DNA of 64,000 nucleotides, taken from positions 20,276,001 to 20,340,000 of the forward strand of contig NC_087252.1 of NCBI RefSeq assembly GCF_037042905.1, read 5' to 3'. Origin of the DNA: Lytechinus pictus (lineage: Eukaryota). The notes beneath the pieces are model-generated. The model worked only from the letters and a program-made list of their open reading frames with translations. It was not told the DNA's origin and did not search any database. Position numbers and translations under genes: made by a program. Shown here piece by piece: positions 13,942 through 26,672 of the stretch (the stretch's first letter is position 1; every line of letters starts with the position of its first letter).

Positions 13942-14327
13942 GTCGGTGAGATTTGCGTATGCATTACCCCATGTCAGTATTCCATAATTGAAATATGGAA
14001 GTATTAGTGGAAAGTAAAGTATAAAAAAGTGTTGATTTCTGGAAAAAAATGTTTAATTTTATTTATTATACCAATATTTCGCGACATATTTTTTTGATAC
14101 ATTAAAATGTTCAATATCATTTTATCGTCAATCATAAGCCCTAAGAATTCAATTGAAGTGACTCTGTTGAGAAGCGTAACGTTCAAAATGAAATCTCCAG
14201 GTAGATTTTGCAAAGTATTACTAAATAGCACAAAATTTGTCTTAAGGATATTGACTTCAATATGGCGAGATATGCCGACATGTCAACTTGACTAGACACT
14301 TTTTATCACCAAGTCGACATAGACCTA
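13942..14327 (-). repeat. Inverted duplicate of 29980-30375 (includes CR1/L2 piece plus its non-LINE junction)
   Basis: Near-identical reverse complement; ORF-track peptides 14107+ and 30012- share IILSSIISPKNSIEVTLLRSV...TCQLD. Confidence 0.92.
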
Positions 14328-14329
14328 TA

Positions 14330-15706
14330 CAGTGCGTATCAAAAAAAACGGGACAGATTTGAAAAGTCTATCAAATTTTTGTTTCAAATAATGATGTCTA
14401 TATTTAAGTGTTAATAGATGCTCTAAGGTCTTATCTTTGAAATGCAATTTAAAAAAATAAATTTTATTCATGCTTGAGCGAACACATGACGTTTTTGTTG
14501 GGGGTTCAAAAAGAGGCTTGCGCCAGAATTGCAGAATATGTGTAATACAGTGATCAGACTTTTTGCTAATCAGGAGACTTCCTCTTGACCTTTTCATTAT
14601 CTGTGCCACAATTTTCAAATTATGCTGTCAAATTTCATTTACAAAGTTATTTATTTAATTGAATTATTTTGTTTTTTCATTTAAACTTCTCTTACCTTTT
14701 AATTTTCCTTCATAAGTAACTGAGGAAAGAAGATTTTTTTTGTCAACCCAAGCAAGAAGATTTGAATTATTAATTGGGAAAACTTGTGATTATTCAAATC
14801 GTTTTATTATGTGAAACAAATTATGTTATGTACCTTTTAAAGACATGAATCTATTTTTCAGTGGGTCATTAATTCCTTGACCAAGTTTAATTGCTTGACA
14901 GGAAACACAGGAAGGGATTCATGTCTTTCAATGACCATGATGTATTGAGTGAATTTTGAAGGAGCTAGATATGGCAGATCGAGTAAAATGTATTAAAAAG
15001 TTGTGAGCGAGCGAAGTGAGCACGCAAATATTCCCACTTTTTTTAATTACAATATCAAAAATTGTGATAGATTTTGACATAATATTCAGAAAATAATATC
15101 ATATTTTACTTTCTATCTTTCCTTTTATTTCCTGTCCACTTTTTTCTTGGTCATGATTTTTTTAATTAAGGGGGGGGGGGAGAGCAACCCGAGCGCCCGC
15201 CCATCTGTGTGGCTTTGTTCAAAAGGAACCATAACCTTTGTAGCACATAATGAAAGGATTTGAATAAAAAAATCCATGCTCTCCCATAATTCGGTTGTAA
15301 AGAAAAATTTTAGCTTGAAGAAGGAATATTCAAAGCTAACAGAGAGCATATTAAAAAGAAATAACAGAATAATTCAAGCAAATAAATAGATCTGAAAATG
15401 AATTTTGACCGCATGATTTGAAAATTATGGCAAAGATAATGAAAAGGTTAAGAGGAAGTCTGCTAATTAGAAAGAAGTCCGATCATCATATTACTCATAT
15501 TCTGCAAATCTGGCGCAAGCCTCTTTTTGAACCCCCAACAAAAACGTCCCGTGTTCGCTCAAGCATGAACGAAACTAATTTTTTTTAATAGCATTTGAAA
15601 GACAAGACCTTAGAGCACCTATTAACACCAAAATATAGACATAATAATTTGAAACTAAAATTTTATAGACTTTTCAAATCTGTCCCGTTTTTTTTTATAC
15701 GCACTG
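14330..15706. mobile_element. Non-autonomous Tc1/mariner-type element with long TIRs
   Basis: TA|CAGTGCGTATCAAAAAAAACGGGACAGATTTGAAAAGTCTAT ... ATAGACTTTTCAAATCTGTCCCG...TACGCACTG|TA; TIRs ~350 bp; TA TSD. Confidence 0.9.
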
Positions 15707-17901
15707 TAGTCCAGGATAGGCCCCATAGACAAGGGGTCGAACCTTGTTTGTTTAGATATACAATGTTTTTTTATGGTTTCTTGTCAATTCGAGGGTGCTG
15801 ATTCCGAATCTGAATGATGCCACTCTTGTAACCTTGAGCATTTTCCGCAAATTGGCAAAATCCAATATGGCCGCCAAAATATGCAAATTACCCATGAAAA
15901 TCATAAAATTGCCAACACGTTAGCTATAAAATGCATGTAGTTGTTGTGCAGAAGTGAAATACCAATTGGAAAAGCGATATTTGACAAAATATTTATTTTA
16001 TTGATATTCAAAATGGCCGCCATAACCCCTGTATACTTTATTATGTAGAATATGAATGGGGAAAATATTTTTTTCAAACAAGAGCACTATTATTGCATGT
16101 GATTGTGACCTGCGAGTGGACTACTGTCTGAAAACATGACTATTAACAAAACTATGTCATTTGTATACTATCTAATGTGATAAATGCTGTATTATGATAT
16201 TCAAAATGGCTGTCATAGACCCCTTATACTGTGTACAATATATAAAAGGGGACAAATAATTTTCACAACCTTTGAATTTGTTTGACTTTAAAATGCCAAT
16301 AACTGCGAAATATTGGTGTAACACTGTCAGACAACAAGGATTTCTAACGAAACATATAATTTCCCTTGCAATTTCGGTAATTATGCTGCATGTTGACATT
16401 CAAAATGGCTGCCAGAGGCCCTATCTGTATTATGAACAAAGCGAATGAAGAAACTAATTTTCACAAGAGTAAAAACAATAAAGTGAATGTAATTGTAATC
16501 TATACGAGTGAAATATTGTCTAAACACATGATTTCTGGCGAAACATATCATTTCATTTTTCATGCATGAGATAAATGCTGTATTGTAAAATTCAAAATGG
16601 CCCTTATGGGCCCTTACAGTATTATCTACAATGTAAATGGGGACAAATACTTTTGAAAGAATTAGGATTTGCCTGACTATGAAATCCATATAATTCTGTT
16701 GTATAAGGAAAATATTGTTTGAAAACGTGATTTTTTTAATGAAATATAACATTTCCTCTCCAATATGTGATAAATACTGTATTTTGACTTTCAAAACGGC
16801 CGCACAAGCCCCTACAAATTCTGTAACATGCGTATAGGGAAACTAATCATCACCAGAATGAGAACCAAAAACGCACGTAACTATGTGATGTATAGGTAAA
16901 ATTTGGTCTTGAACATGATTTCTGACTAAATACATCACATAATGGTTGAGAAGGTAATAAAGGCCTTACTTTGAAATTCAAAATTGCTGCCATAGCCCAA
17001 AGTAGTATGTACATTGTAACTGGGGACAGATAATTTTGACAAAATTTTTACTATGAAAATGGCTTAATTTTGATGTAAGTGTTAAGTATTGTCTAAACCC
17101 AATGATTTCTAACGAAATATATCATAGCTTGTGTCATAAAGGTGACGAATGCAGCCTTTTAAAAATGAAAAATGGCCGCCATAGTCCCTTAATATGTAAA
17201 CTTTGAATGGGGAAAGATAATTTCCACAAAGAAACATATTGCAGCCATTTTGAAATTTAAATATAGCATTTATCACCTAAATAACAAAAGAAATGATCTA
17301 TTTGGTTACAAAATCATATTTTCAGATGATATTTCACTCATACATGCAACACCATTTAGTCAAGCAAAGCCAAATTCTGTTAAAATTATATGTTCCCATT
17401 CACAAAGTACATAATAGGCCTACCGTTAGGGCCTGTAGCGGCCATTTTGACTTTCAAAATACATTATTTATCACCTACCTGGCAGAATGAATGATATATC
17501 TTGTTTTTTTTTTAAGATGTTTTATTGTTTTTCTCTCAAATCAAATTTCATATACAATGCAGTTTACAAAGTAATCATTGTAAATAATAATTCGAACAAA
17601 ATAATCTTTTAAACTCGTATACATTATGCACATCATGAAATAATATTCTAAGACACTGCATCGTACCACTACCAGATGAGTTTAACAAACAAATATCAGA
17701 GAAAAAACTGTTAAAAGTATATGCGTTGTACCTGCCCCCTCCTTACCCACCCCCCCCCCCGCCTTCCCTCCGCAAACCCCCACACTTCACACCCTCAAAC
17801 ACTCACACACATCATACGCCCTTGCATACGGTGCCCGCGTCCCGTTTGAAACAAGAAAAACACCATAATGAACGAACATAATCTCGTGAGCTCTGTCGCC
17901 T

Positions 17902-20900
17902 CTATACTCTTGTAGGTGTTGTAAGGAAATGTTCCCATTTCCTTATATGGGTTGATAATTTACCCCGCGTTACTGCTAAAATTTTCTCTTCACGTTCATT
18001 TTCTAATATCTTCTCTCTAATTTCGTTGGGACTTGGTGGTCTTTTTTTAGTCCTGCTGTAAACAAAGATCATATATTTTATTAAAAGAATAATGTGATTA
18101 ACTATCTGTTCCTTCCCTATATTAGCATGCTTAACACCAATGTGTATATCCACCCACCTGGCATTTTTTATTTCATACATATTGAATAAGTTACCACAAT
18201 CTATCCATACGTCTCTCGTCTTTTCACATGAAAAAAACAGATGCTCGTAAGTTTCTTCAGTATTCCCACAAAATGAACATTCACTATCTGAGAAAATTTT
18301 GAATAAATGTAAATATTTCTTCGTGTATATTAATTCATAAAGCATTTTAAATTGAAACTCTCTAAGCCTACTGCTTAGAGTACATTTTCTGGGTCTTGAA
18401 AATATAGCACAGATATCTTTTTCGGAGAAATTATATGTCTTCTCTATATTATTAAACGCATACGATTTTTCCAATTTAATACTTAAAAGTGCCTTGTATA
18501 TTTTCTTGGATGTCACGTTTGGTAAACTGTTAATCTTACCATTAAATATAAACTCTAGATTTAGACCAGTGTCTTCACAGTTGTCTTCTTTCTTTTAAAG
18601 GTGTTTCCATGTTGCTGGAATATTTTCAAAACTTTATAAACTTTATCTATTTCATTTCCATCTAAACCCATTCTCAGAAAGTCTCTAGGAGATTTGATGT
18701 TACCTTCCTTGTCAACAATATGATGCAATTTATATATGTTTTTAAGAAATAAGTTTTCATCAAATAGCATTTGCCCGTTTAGTCGAATAAGTTTATTGTT
18801 AAAAAATATCTCATTTCTTTTAGATGTTTCTTTTTTAAGAAGGACTTCTTTGGTAGCGGCCCAAATTTGCAACATATCCATATAACATTTTGGTAATGAT
18901 ATTTTACAAATATTCAGTGAAGTATTAGTGAATAATAACAAAAGTCCTCCTACATCACGGGTTCCAAATATAAAAAAACGTTTCCATCCTATTCTGAAAT
19001 CTCCTGTCAAAAGCCTTTCCAGCCACATGACTCTTTGTGCATATACAAATAAATGAAAATCAATCATTTTAAGTCCTCCCCTCTCGTACTCCATAGACAT
19101 CACGTTTCTTTTGACCTTATCTTTACCATTCCATAAGAAATCAAACATTAACTTTTCGATCTCCTCAAACACCCATATTGGTACTGGTAAAAGTGAAGAC
19201 ACATAATTTATTTTAGAAAGTGCAAATGTTTTCAAAAGTTGTATCTTGCCCATCAGGGTGAGATCTCTTTGCTTCCACCATATTAATAATTTTTTTATTT
19301 TACTTAAAATCTCTTTGTAATTAACATTTTCCTGAATTTCTACATCTAATGAAAAAGTTATTCCCAATATTCTAATAGCTTCAACTAATTTACCAAATGG
19401 AACTTCAATATTTTTTTTAGAAAGAGGACCCAACGCTAATATAAATGTTTTGTCTTTATTCATTTTTAAGCCTGAAATCTTAGCAAAATCTCCAAATATT
19501 TTTCCGATTCTATCAATAGATTGGGAGTCCCTCACAAAAAGTGTCATATCATCCGCGTAGAGCGCTTGTTTGACTTTTACATTACCAAAGCTGATTCCGT
19601 GGATGGATTTATCTTTACGAATGGTATTAGCAAGGACCTCGATACAAAGTATAAATAAATAAGGAGAGAGGGGATCCCCCTGTCTCACACCTCTTTCAAC
19701 ACTAAAGTATCCTGTCGATATACCCCCACTGAATACGCAACTCAAGGCATTTTTGTATAATGTTTTGATCCAGCTGCAAAATGAGGACCCGAAGCCAAAA
19801 TAACGTAAAACGTTTTGCAAAAAGATGTGCGAGACCGAATCAAACGCTTTTTCAAAATCTATTGCCATTAAGAAACCAGGTGCATTATTTTGCCGTGTAT
19901 AGTAAATCATGTCGTCAATCAATCTAATTGCATCTCCTATGTTTCTATCCTTTATATAACCAACTTGGTCGATAAAAATTATTTCATGTAATACCTGTTT
20001 AATTCTATTTGATAATACTTTAGTTAAGATTTTGTAATCGACATTTAATAATGAAATTGGTCTATAATTTTTTATTAACAGGGGATCTTTCCCTTCTTTG
20101 ACAAACATATTAATAACAGCTTGCTTCTGAGATGATGAAAGTTCTCCTTTAGACTTAGCCTCATTCAAAGCATCAGCCAAAACATCTCCAACTAATTGCC
20201 AAAATACTAAATAGAATTCAACATTGAGCCCATCATTTCCAGGTGTTTTATTGAGTTGCATTTGTTTCAATGCTTCTAGACATTCACGTTGAGTAATTGT
20301 CCCTTCACAAATTTCTTTTGAAGCTGGCTCTAATTTGGGTAAATCTTTAAAAAAAGTATCATCAAAGCCATCAGTAATAATTTCTACTGATTTAGAATAT
20401 AATCCACTATAGAATCTATGTATCTCTTTAGTAATTTCTTTTTGATCAAAAGTGACTTTTCCTTCTATCTGTAATTTGCGTATTACTGTTTTCCTTTTAT
20501 TAGATTGCATCAGCTGTGTGAAATATCTAGTATCCCTCTCCCCACATTCATAAGATGAGGCCCTGGATCTAATTTTAACACCCTCATTAACATAATCATA
20601 AATTGCTTTTAACTGGTTCCTTTTGCTCTCTAACAATTCTAACTTACCCTCATCGACCTTTTCTAATAACTCCTTTTCCAAAGATAAAATTTCTTTTTCC
20701 AAAATATCAATTTTTTGTTTCCTTAGCTTTGCCTTATCTCTAGAATACTTCCTAGTAAAGTTGCTGATTTTCATTTTCAAAAAATCCCATCGGACCCTTT
20801 TATCTTCAACTTCCCGCTCTATCTCTTCTTTTAATCTTAAAATCTCTTCTGCCATTCTTTTTTTTATATTCTTCATCATTGCAAAGGCTGCTATTAAATT

Positions 20901-21687
20901 TCCAGTAAGAACCTTTGAATTTTACATTTGATGGCATGTTATAACAATGCATTTGGATTGCCGAATGGTCTGGTGCCACAGAAGGTATTATTTGACATTT
21001 ACACACAACTTCGTCTATATTTTCAGACACAAACCAATAATCCAACCTGCTTTGCATGAACGGGCTATTTTGCCTGTAAGTAAATTGTTTTTTATTTGCA
21101 TTCCTTTCCCTCCATATATCTATCAATTTATGTTGGTCTAAGAATTGATCAAATATTAGATTACAGCGGGTGTTTATATTTTGTTTACTACTTCCCATAT
21201 AGTCCAAGTTTATATTCCTAATAATATTGAAATCACCTCCTATTATAACTGGATTGTTGTTTGCGTTTATTTCATCCAACTTTTCGTTGAAGTGTTTCAA
21301 AAAATCTATTTGTTCCAATTCCTTTCCTCTAACCGGAAAATACACATTCGCTATGATTAAATTAAACCCTTGCATAATGCAATTTAAAATAATAAATCTG
21401 CCACCTTCATCCTTAACTGTTTTTGTAACATTGACATCTAATTTTGAATCTAATAATATCATAACCCCTTTACTATGACTTGTGCCGTGATTAAAAACTA
21501 TGTTTCCATTCCAATATTGTTTCCATTTTTCCTCAATATCTCCTGTACTAAATGTCTCTCGTAAGAATATAATATCCGCATGTTTATCTTTACACCATTC
21601 AAAAATTTTCCGCCTTTTTGCTTCTTCCCTTATTCCTTTTACATTTAATGAAATAAAATTGCAATATATTGGTACGTCACTATTCAT
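17902..21687 (-). pseudogene. LINE ORF2p (APE endonuclease + reverse transcriptase + CCHC), with two frameshifts and one stop
   Basis: SLNVKG, GGDFN, SRLDYW, PDHS (EN); YRPISLLNVDYKI, DFEKAFD, RQGDPLSP, YADD (RT); CSFCGNTEETYEHLFFSC. Lesions at ~20858-20865, ~18628-18631 and TAA at 18595-18597. Confidence 0.95.
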
Positions 21688-24652
21688 ACAGAATTATGAG
21701 GGAGTAGTAATAAGTCTCTTCTTTTTCGTCTTTTCCAGTGACATATGAATGCTAACGACAGAGCTAAGGAGAGCAATTCAGTTTTGTTGCTGATTTTTAT
21801 CTCAAACGGGTCGCGATACATCCACCCATACACACAGCCACACATCATGCACACTACCCCTAACCAAGCCCTCCCCCAAACCTTCCACCCCCAAACACCC
21901 CTACCGACATACATCCCGTGTTTGGCACGCTCTACTGCACACATACACTTGGTAGTGCGAAAGCTTGAGCCCCTCCCCTTCTTCGTATATAACTTAACAT
22001 TCAATCTATGTAATTTCAAAATGACTTCTGATAAAAATAAAAAAGATAACCTGTTCTAGTTGGATAATCCAGCATATGTAATTAAATCCAAAGCAAAATT
22101 TAAAAAGTGGCTTTTGTAGCCTAAATTACTTTAATATTGGTTCTTTGGAGAAACAAAATAGTTTTCAAATTGTATAAAGTAAAATCTACCATTCTCCTTT
22201 TTCAGTGCTTATATCTGACCTTATAACCGGCATAGTAAATATATCAACTCCACAAAGCCATAAAAGCCAGCCTATACAAAAAAAAAGAAATACATAGCAC
22301 AGGCAATGGATGTAAAACATAACAGTCTGAGCTGAAGGTATTTAGAAATAGATGCATTAATGCACAATCTATTCATGCAGATAAACGCACAGTGTTCTAT
22401 TTTCATAAGATGACTTTACAGTGCGACCATTTACCCTCATTATCAAAGAGCAAATGCATTACAGGAAATCCTGGCTTGATCAGGATAACATTCCCAATAT
22501 ACTGGGTTAATGGCTCTGCTGTATTAATTGGAACCTCCTGATGTATAACATGGATATATTCAATAGGTTATTCACCTTGGATATTGAGAGATTGCATTTA
22601 AAGTGATGGATAAGATAGTGAATAGAAACAAGTCACCTCTCAATAACTCAAAGGTTATTATGTAACACTATAGTCTTGTTTGACACACCTACGAAAGAAT
22701 AAAAAACAACTTTTCAATTAACACATTCCGCGAACGAGCACCACTCAATATCTTTCTAACCAAGCACACTAGTGACAATAGTTCTTATTATTAAAAATCA
22801 CCTGTATCGTAAACGATTGTGCCGGAAAAAATAACAACCGTAATCATGACCCGAAAATAGCATTGAAAAAGAATTTCCGTGCAAATGAGGTGATAAAGAA
22901 TGCAATGTACCAAACTAGCCTCGTCATTTATGGTATGATCTACTGTAAACTACCTTTCATGTGTTCTTCTCGACAATAATATCAGAATTAATATTATGGA
23001 GATATTCAGACTACATGTATGATTCAACAATAAAAAATATCTTGACCATGTGGCCTGCATTACATCACCTTTTCAAATAAGTCTTTTCAGATTTTCTATT
23101 ACAATGGATACATACACACCAGACCTTTTTTTTCAAAAAAAAAGAAGAAAAAAAAGAAAGACTTTTTAGATGATTGATTACAATGAATACATTCACATCA
23201 GACTTCTTGTTTCACATATCTCCAACATTTGTAAAGAAAAGCTTTTCAGATCTATCAATTTAACATACCTGATGAGTACACTAATCTCCTTATGTTTCTT
23301 TATAGAAAAGCTCAATAACGACCACTTGTCATCATGATTGTTATTTTAATTAATGAAAAGACTCATTCAGTGATAGTAGCTAATCATGACTGACTAAATT
23401 AGAATACAAATGCAAATAATGTAATGAAAAAAAAAGCAATGTGTTTAGTGGGTTTATCAAGCAAGGTGTACATTTCATTCTTTTTGACAATGACCTCATT
23501 ATACATGCAGATATTCAAGGTTCATCAATAAAATTGTTTTGATCGTTTTAAAATATGTGGCTTGTCTTTTAATTACCCCTTTAAAGAATGCATTTAAATG
23601 ACTTCATTTCAAAAAGATGGACTGAAGTAATGGATAAATATCCGATTTGCCTGACACACCCACTAAGTTAATGCATGCAATTTTTTCAATTGTGCTCATG
23701 TCTTAATACACCCGATCGAGTACAAATATCTCCATTACATTTTTACAAAGCGCACTTTAAAAGTGTACCATTAAAGAATGTGCCAAAAGACATGCATGGT
23801 TTTGTAGACTCCCATTCATTAGTGATAATTACAGCCATGAAGGCGAACCAGGAATGTAAATGCCATTGTGAGTCAATGTTCTATACATCAATTTCATGAT
23901 TTTTTTTTTCTAACTATGAATACATAAGATAATGCATATGTCAGTTTAGCACTCGTTCATGGGGTGATCGTAAAACACTAAGTGGAAAAAAAAAACTAAA
24001 TAAATCTGGCTCTACCCCCCCCCCCCTCTGCCTTTCTCGTCTTTTTACATACACGTCTTGATATTGGCAAAAGCGGAACATGGGGCACAATAATTTGGTA
24101 TCGTGACTTTCTTGACAATTATGTAAACAGAATATTCAGTACCGCAGTATGAGATTTATCAATGTAATCGTTCAAAATGTTCCACATAAAATGTGGTCTG
24201 TTTTAAAACGCCTCTCCTCGTACTTTTTTTTCTTCAGGCAAAGTAATGAATAAATACAAACTTCTAGTGTCACGATATTCAATTCATGCACCTTTCAGTT
24301 CCGCATATACACCAAACTCAGAGGTATAAAATGAACATTTATGTCCAGTATTGTCAACTTATATATTCTCAGAAAATAATAACAGGCATTAGGCCCAAAA
24401 TCGACCTGAATATGCAAATTATAATATTTGATCTCCTTTCTCTCCACCATCCTTACCCCCTCTCGTGCATTATAGTGCAAATGATATTTCCTTCAGACTA
24501 TTTGTTTTCCTTTTTAAATTGTTATTAAAATGATCATGAGTTGCGACTTCAGATATATTTAGTACCAAATCAGTATACCAATAATCGTTCAATATATTAT
24601 GTGGATTTTTTTTTTTAGATAGCCTCTGTCGCACCGTAAAGTCTTCTTTTTT

Positions 24653-24694
<42 letters not shown>

Positions 24695-25772
24695 AAGGCG
24701 AAATTCTGATTAGGCGCTAACTTCCAATTTGAAGTTATTTCATAACTGTGATGTTGTTATGCACCTCTCAAATTTGCATTTACTGTCCAAACAGCGTTAT
24801 AAATAAATATTACTGCATTCTGGTCACATTCAATTTTATATATATAAATGTATACCATGTAGTCACCTTTCTACAGAGAGAGAGAACACAATAATAATAA
24901 TAACTAAATGACATGAAGTGATATAAACTACCGCTAAGAACATTATAAATATGCATTACCTCTTCATGTAAAATGATGGAAGAGCATATTGCGTTTAGAA
25001 TATCATCCACTGAATTGATTGAAGGTTTGACAATCGAAAGAAAAGACAGGGGGAGGACTTTAACCTTGCCAATGAGGTATCAATATTCATGTCATGCAGT
25101 TAATGATAGTAAATTATTAAATTTTAATAAGTCACAAAAAGTCAAACAAAATGGTCACTGTCTTTTTTTCCATCCCCCTCTGTCTTTCCCTCTCTTGAAT
25201 AAAATCATTTAAAACATTATTACTAGATTTAATAGCCATAAAATAAATTCACACGCTGTTCTACATTCTATCTGTGGCTAGAATTTAATCTTGTAATAAA
25301 TGCAGTTTCAACATGATCTACTTTTTTATGATGATAGTTTCGAAAGTAGAATGTTATCATAAATTGCTATCATTATATAACCACTTATCAGTCAAGTTAT
25401 CAATGAACATTTTTCATCATCTCCGAAGAAAACATTTCAATTCAATCCTCTAGTACCTGTATATTGTTTCCAGTCTATTCCATCTGTATCAAATCATAAT
25501 TGTCGTCTCAAAACTCAGCAGATGTTCACAATTTCATATACAGCATGTATGTTTATCATTTCTCTTGTTTCCTTTCCTTTATGTCAACTTTATTTTCTTC
25601 GTCTTCCTGTTTCCATGTTCTTGATAAGCTGTCTTGATTTATATAGCATGTTCACAGAATTTCAGAAACATTCGCTACTTAAATTAATGAAAGTAATAGA
25701 TGATTCTTACCAATTTCCATGCTTTTTTATGATGATAGTTAATGATGGGTAATTGTAGTCTCGCATCTCTGC

Positions 25773-26672
25773 TTATTCTCCCCCTACTGCACCTTTCAAC
25801 TCTCCTTCCAAGTCTGCACCTTTCTTCTGGGTCCCTTCTGTCACTTCCATGGCACCTCCTCGATCTGAAGCTCTACGAGGTAATCTGTCGCGTCTTTCGG
25901 CCTTTTCCAAGAATTTTCTCTGGTCCTCTCTGCTGATGTATTTCCCCTCAATGTACAGTTTCCAAGGCTCCGTTCTCGAAAAGAAGGCAAGCCGTCCCTC
26001 ATTTCTCGCTGCCCTCAAGGCTGGCATTTGCAATCGTCGTTCATCTCTCACTCTTTTCGGCAAATCGTCCGCGATATAAAAAGAGCTCCCCTTCAACTTT
26101 TTAGCATTGCCAATAACCAACATTTTGTCACTGTAGCGAAGGTACCTCGCTTTGATAGGGCGTGGTCGCGACGCCGCAGCGACTCTATGTACACGTTGGT
26201 GTTCAATATTTTCCACTTGCTCATCTGTTAGCCCCAAGTTAACTTTGTAGAATTCTCTCACGATATTTTCTGTATCTTCCTTCTCCGATTTCTCAGGGAT
26301 TCCCATAATCACGACATTTTCACGGCAAATATAAGCGGCGAGTCTGTCAATTTCTTTTCCTCTTTCCAGCTGTTCTTCTTTCATTTCGTTTTCCAGACGC
26401 GGAATCTCCTTCTTTAAATGCTCTGTTTGATGATTTTGAAATTTAAGCGCTTCAGAAAACTCCTTCAAACGCTTGTCAAAGCTTTCAACATGCTGGGATA
26501 GATGAGTTTCTAGCTTAGTAAAACGTTCATTTATTTTTCCCATATGGGAGTCTAATATCTTCTCAATCGAAGGAAGTAATTGCGGGCTTTCTGGCTTGCT
26601 GTAGATGGGGCTTGTTGGCGTAAGCGGTCGACGCCGCTTTGACCCGGCGTTTCCAGAGGCAGCCTTGCTCAT
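25773..26672 (-). CDS. L1-type ORF1p (coiled coil + RRM + CTD), intact 299 aa
   Basis: Heptad-rich N-half, then RENVVIMGIPE...EHQRVHR...RPRPIKARYLRYSDK...LKGSSFYIADDLP, typical of L1/Tx1 ORF1. Confidence 0.88.
   Translation of the reverse strand: MSKAASGNAGSKRRRPLTPTSPIYSKPESPQLLPSIEKILDSHMGKINERFTKLETHLSQHVESFDKRLKEFSEALKFQNHQTEHLKKEIPRLENEMKEEQLERGKEIDRLAAYICRENVVIMGIPEKSEKEDTENIVREFYKVNLGLTDEQVENIEHQRVHRVAAASRPRPIKARYLRYSDKMLVIGNAKKLKGSSFYIADDLPKRVRDERRLQMPALRAARNEGRLAFFSRTEPWKLYIEGKYISREDQRKFLEKAERRDRLPRRASDRGGAMEVTEGTQKKGADLEGELKGAVGGE

Larger units (their letters stand above)
9814..13987 (+). pseudogene. Ig-superfamily type I membrane receptor fragment (partial Ig-V, Ig-C-like, Thr-rich stalk, TM, cytoplasmic tail). 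Exons 9814-10029, 11350-11760, 12810-12851, 13291-13365, 13809-(13941 break)
   Basis: FSLVIHDVEDDDAGRYIC (Ig F-strand DxGxYxC); ELTCHARG...LSW...YVCAA; TM VAIAIIVITLLIASIIVVFIW followed by RRIKK. All junctions are GT-AG, phase 1, and in frame. The first domain lacks the B-strand Cys and C-strand Trp, and no signal exon was found. Confidence 0.8.

Noticed and set aside
20623..22059. Plus-strand ORFs overlapping LINE ORF2 and its leader
   Set aside because: Antisense shadows of ORF2 or translations of the C-rich tract.
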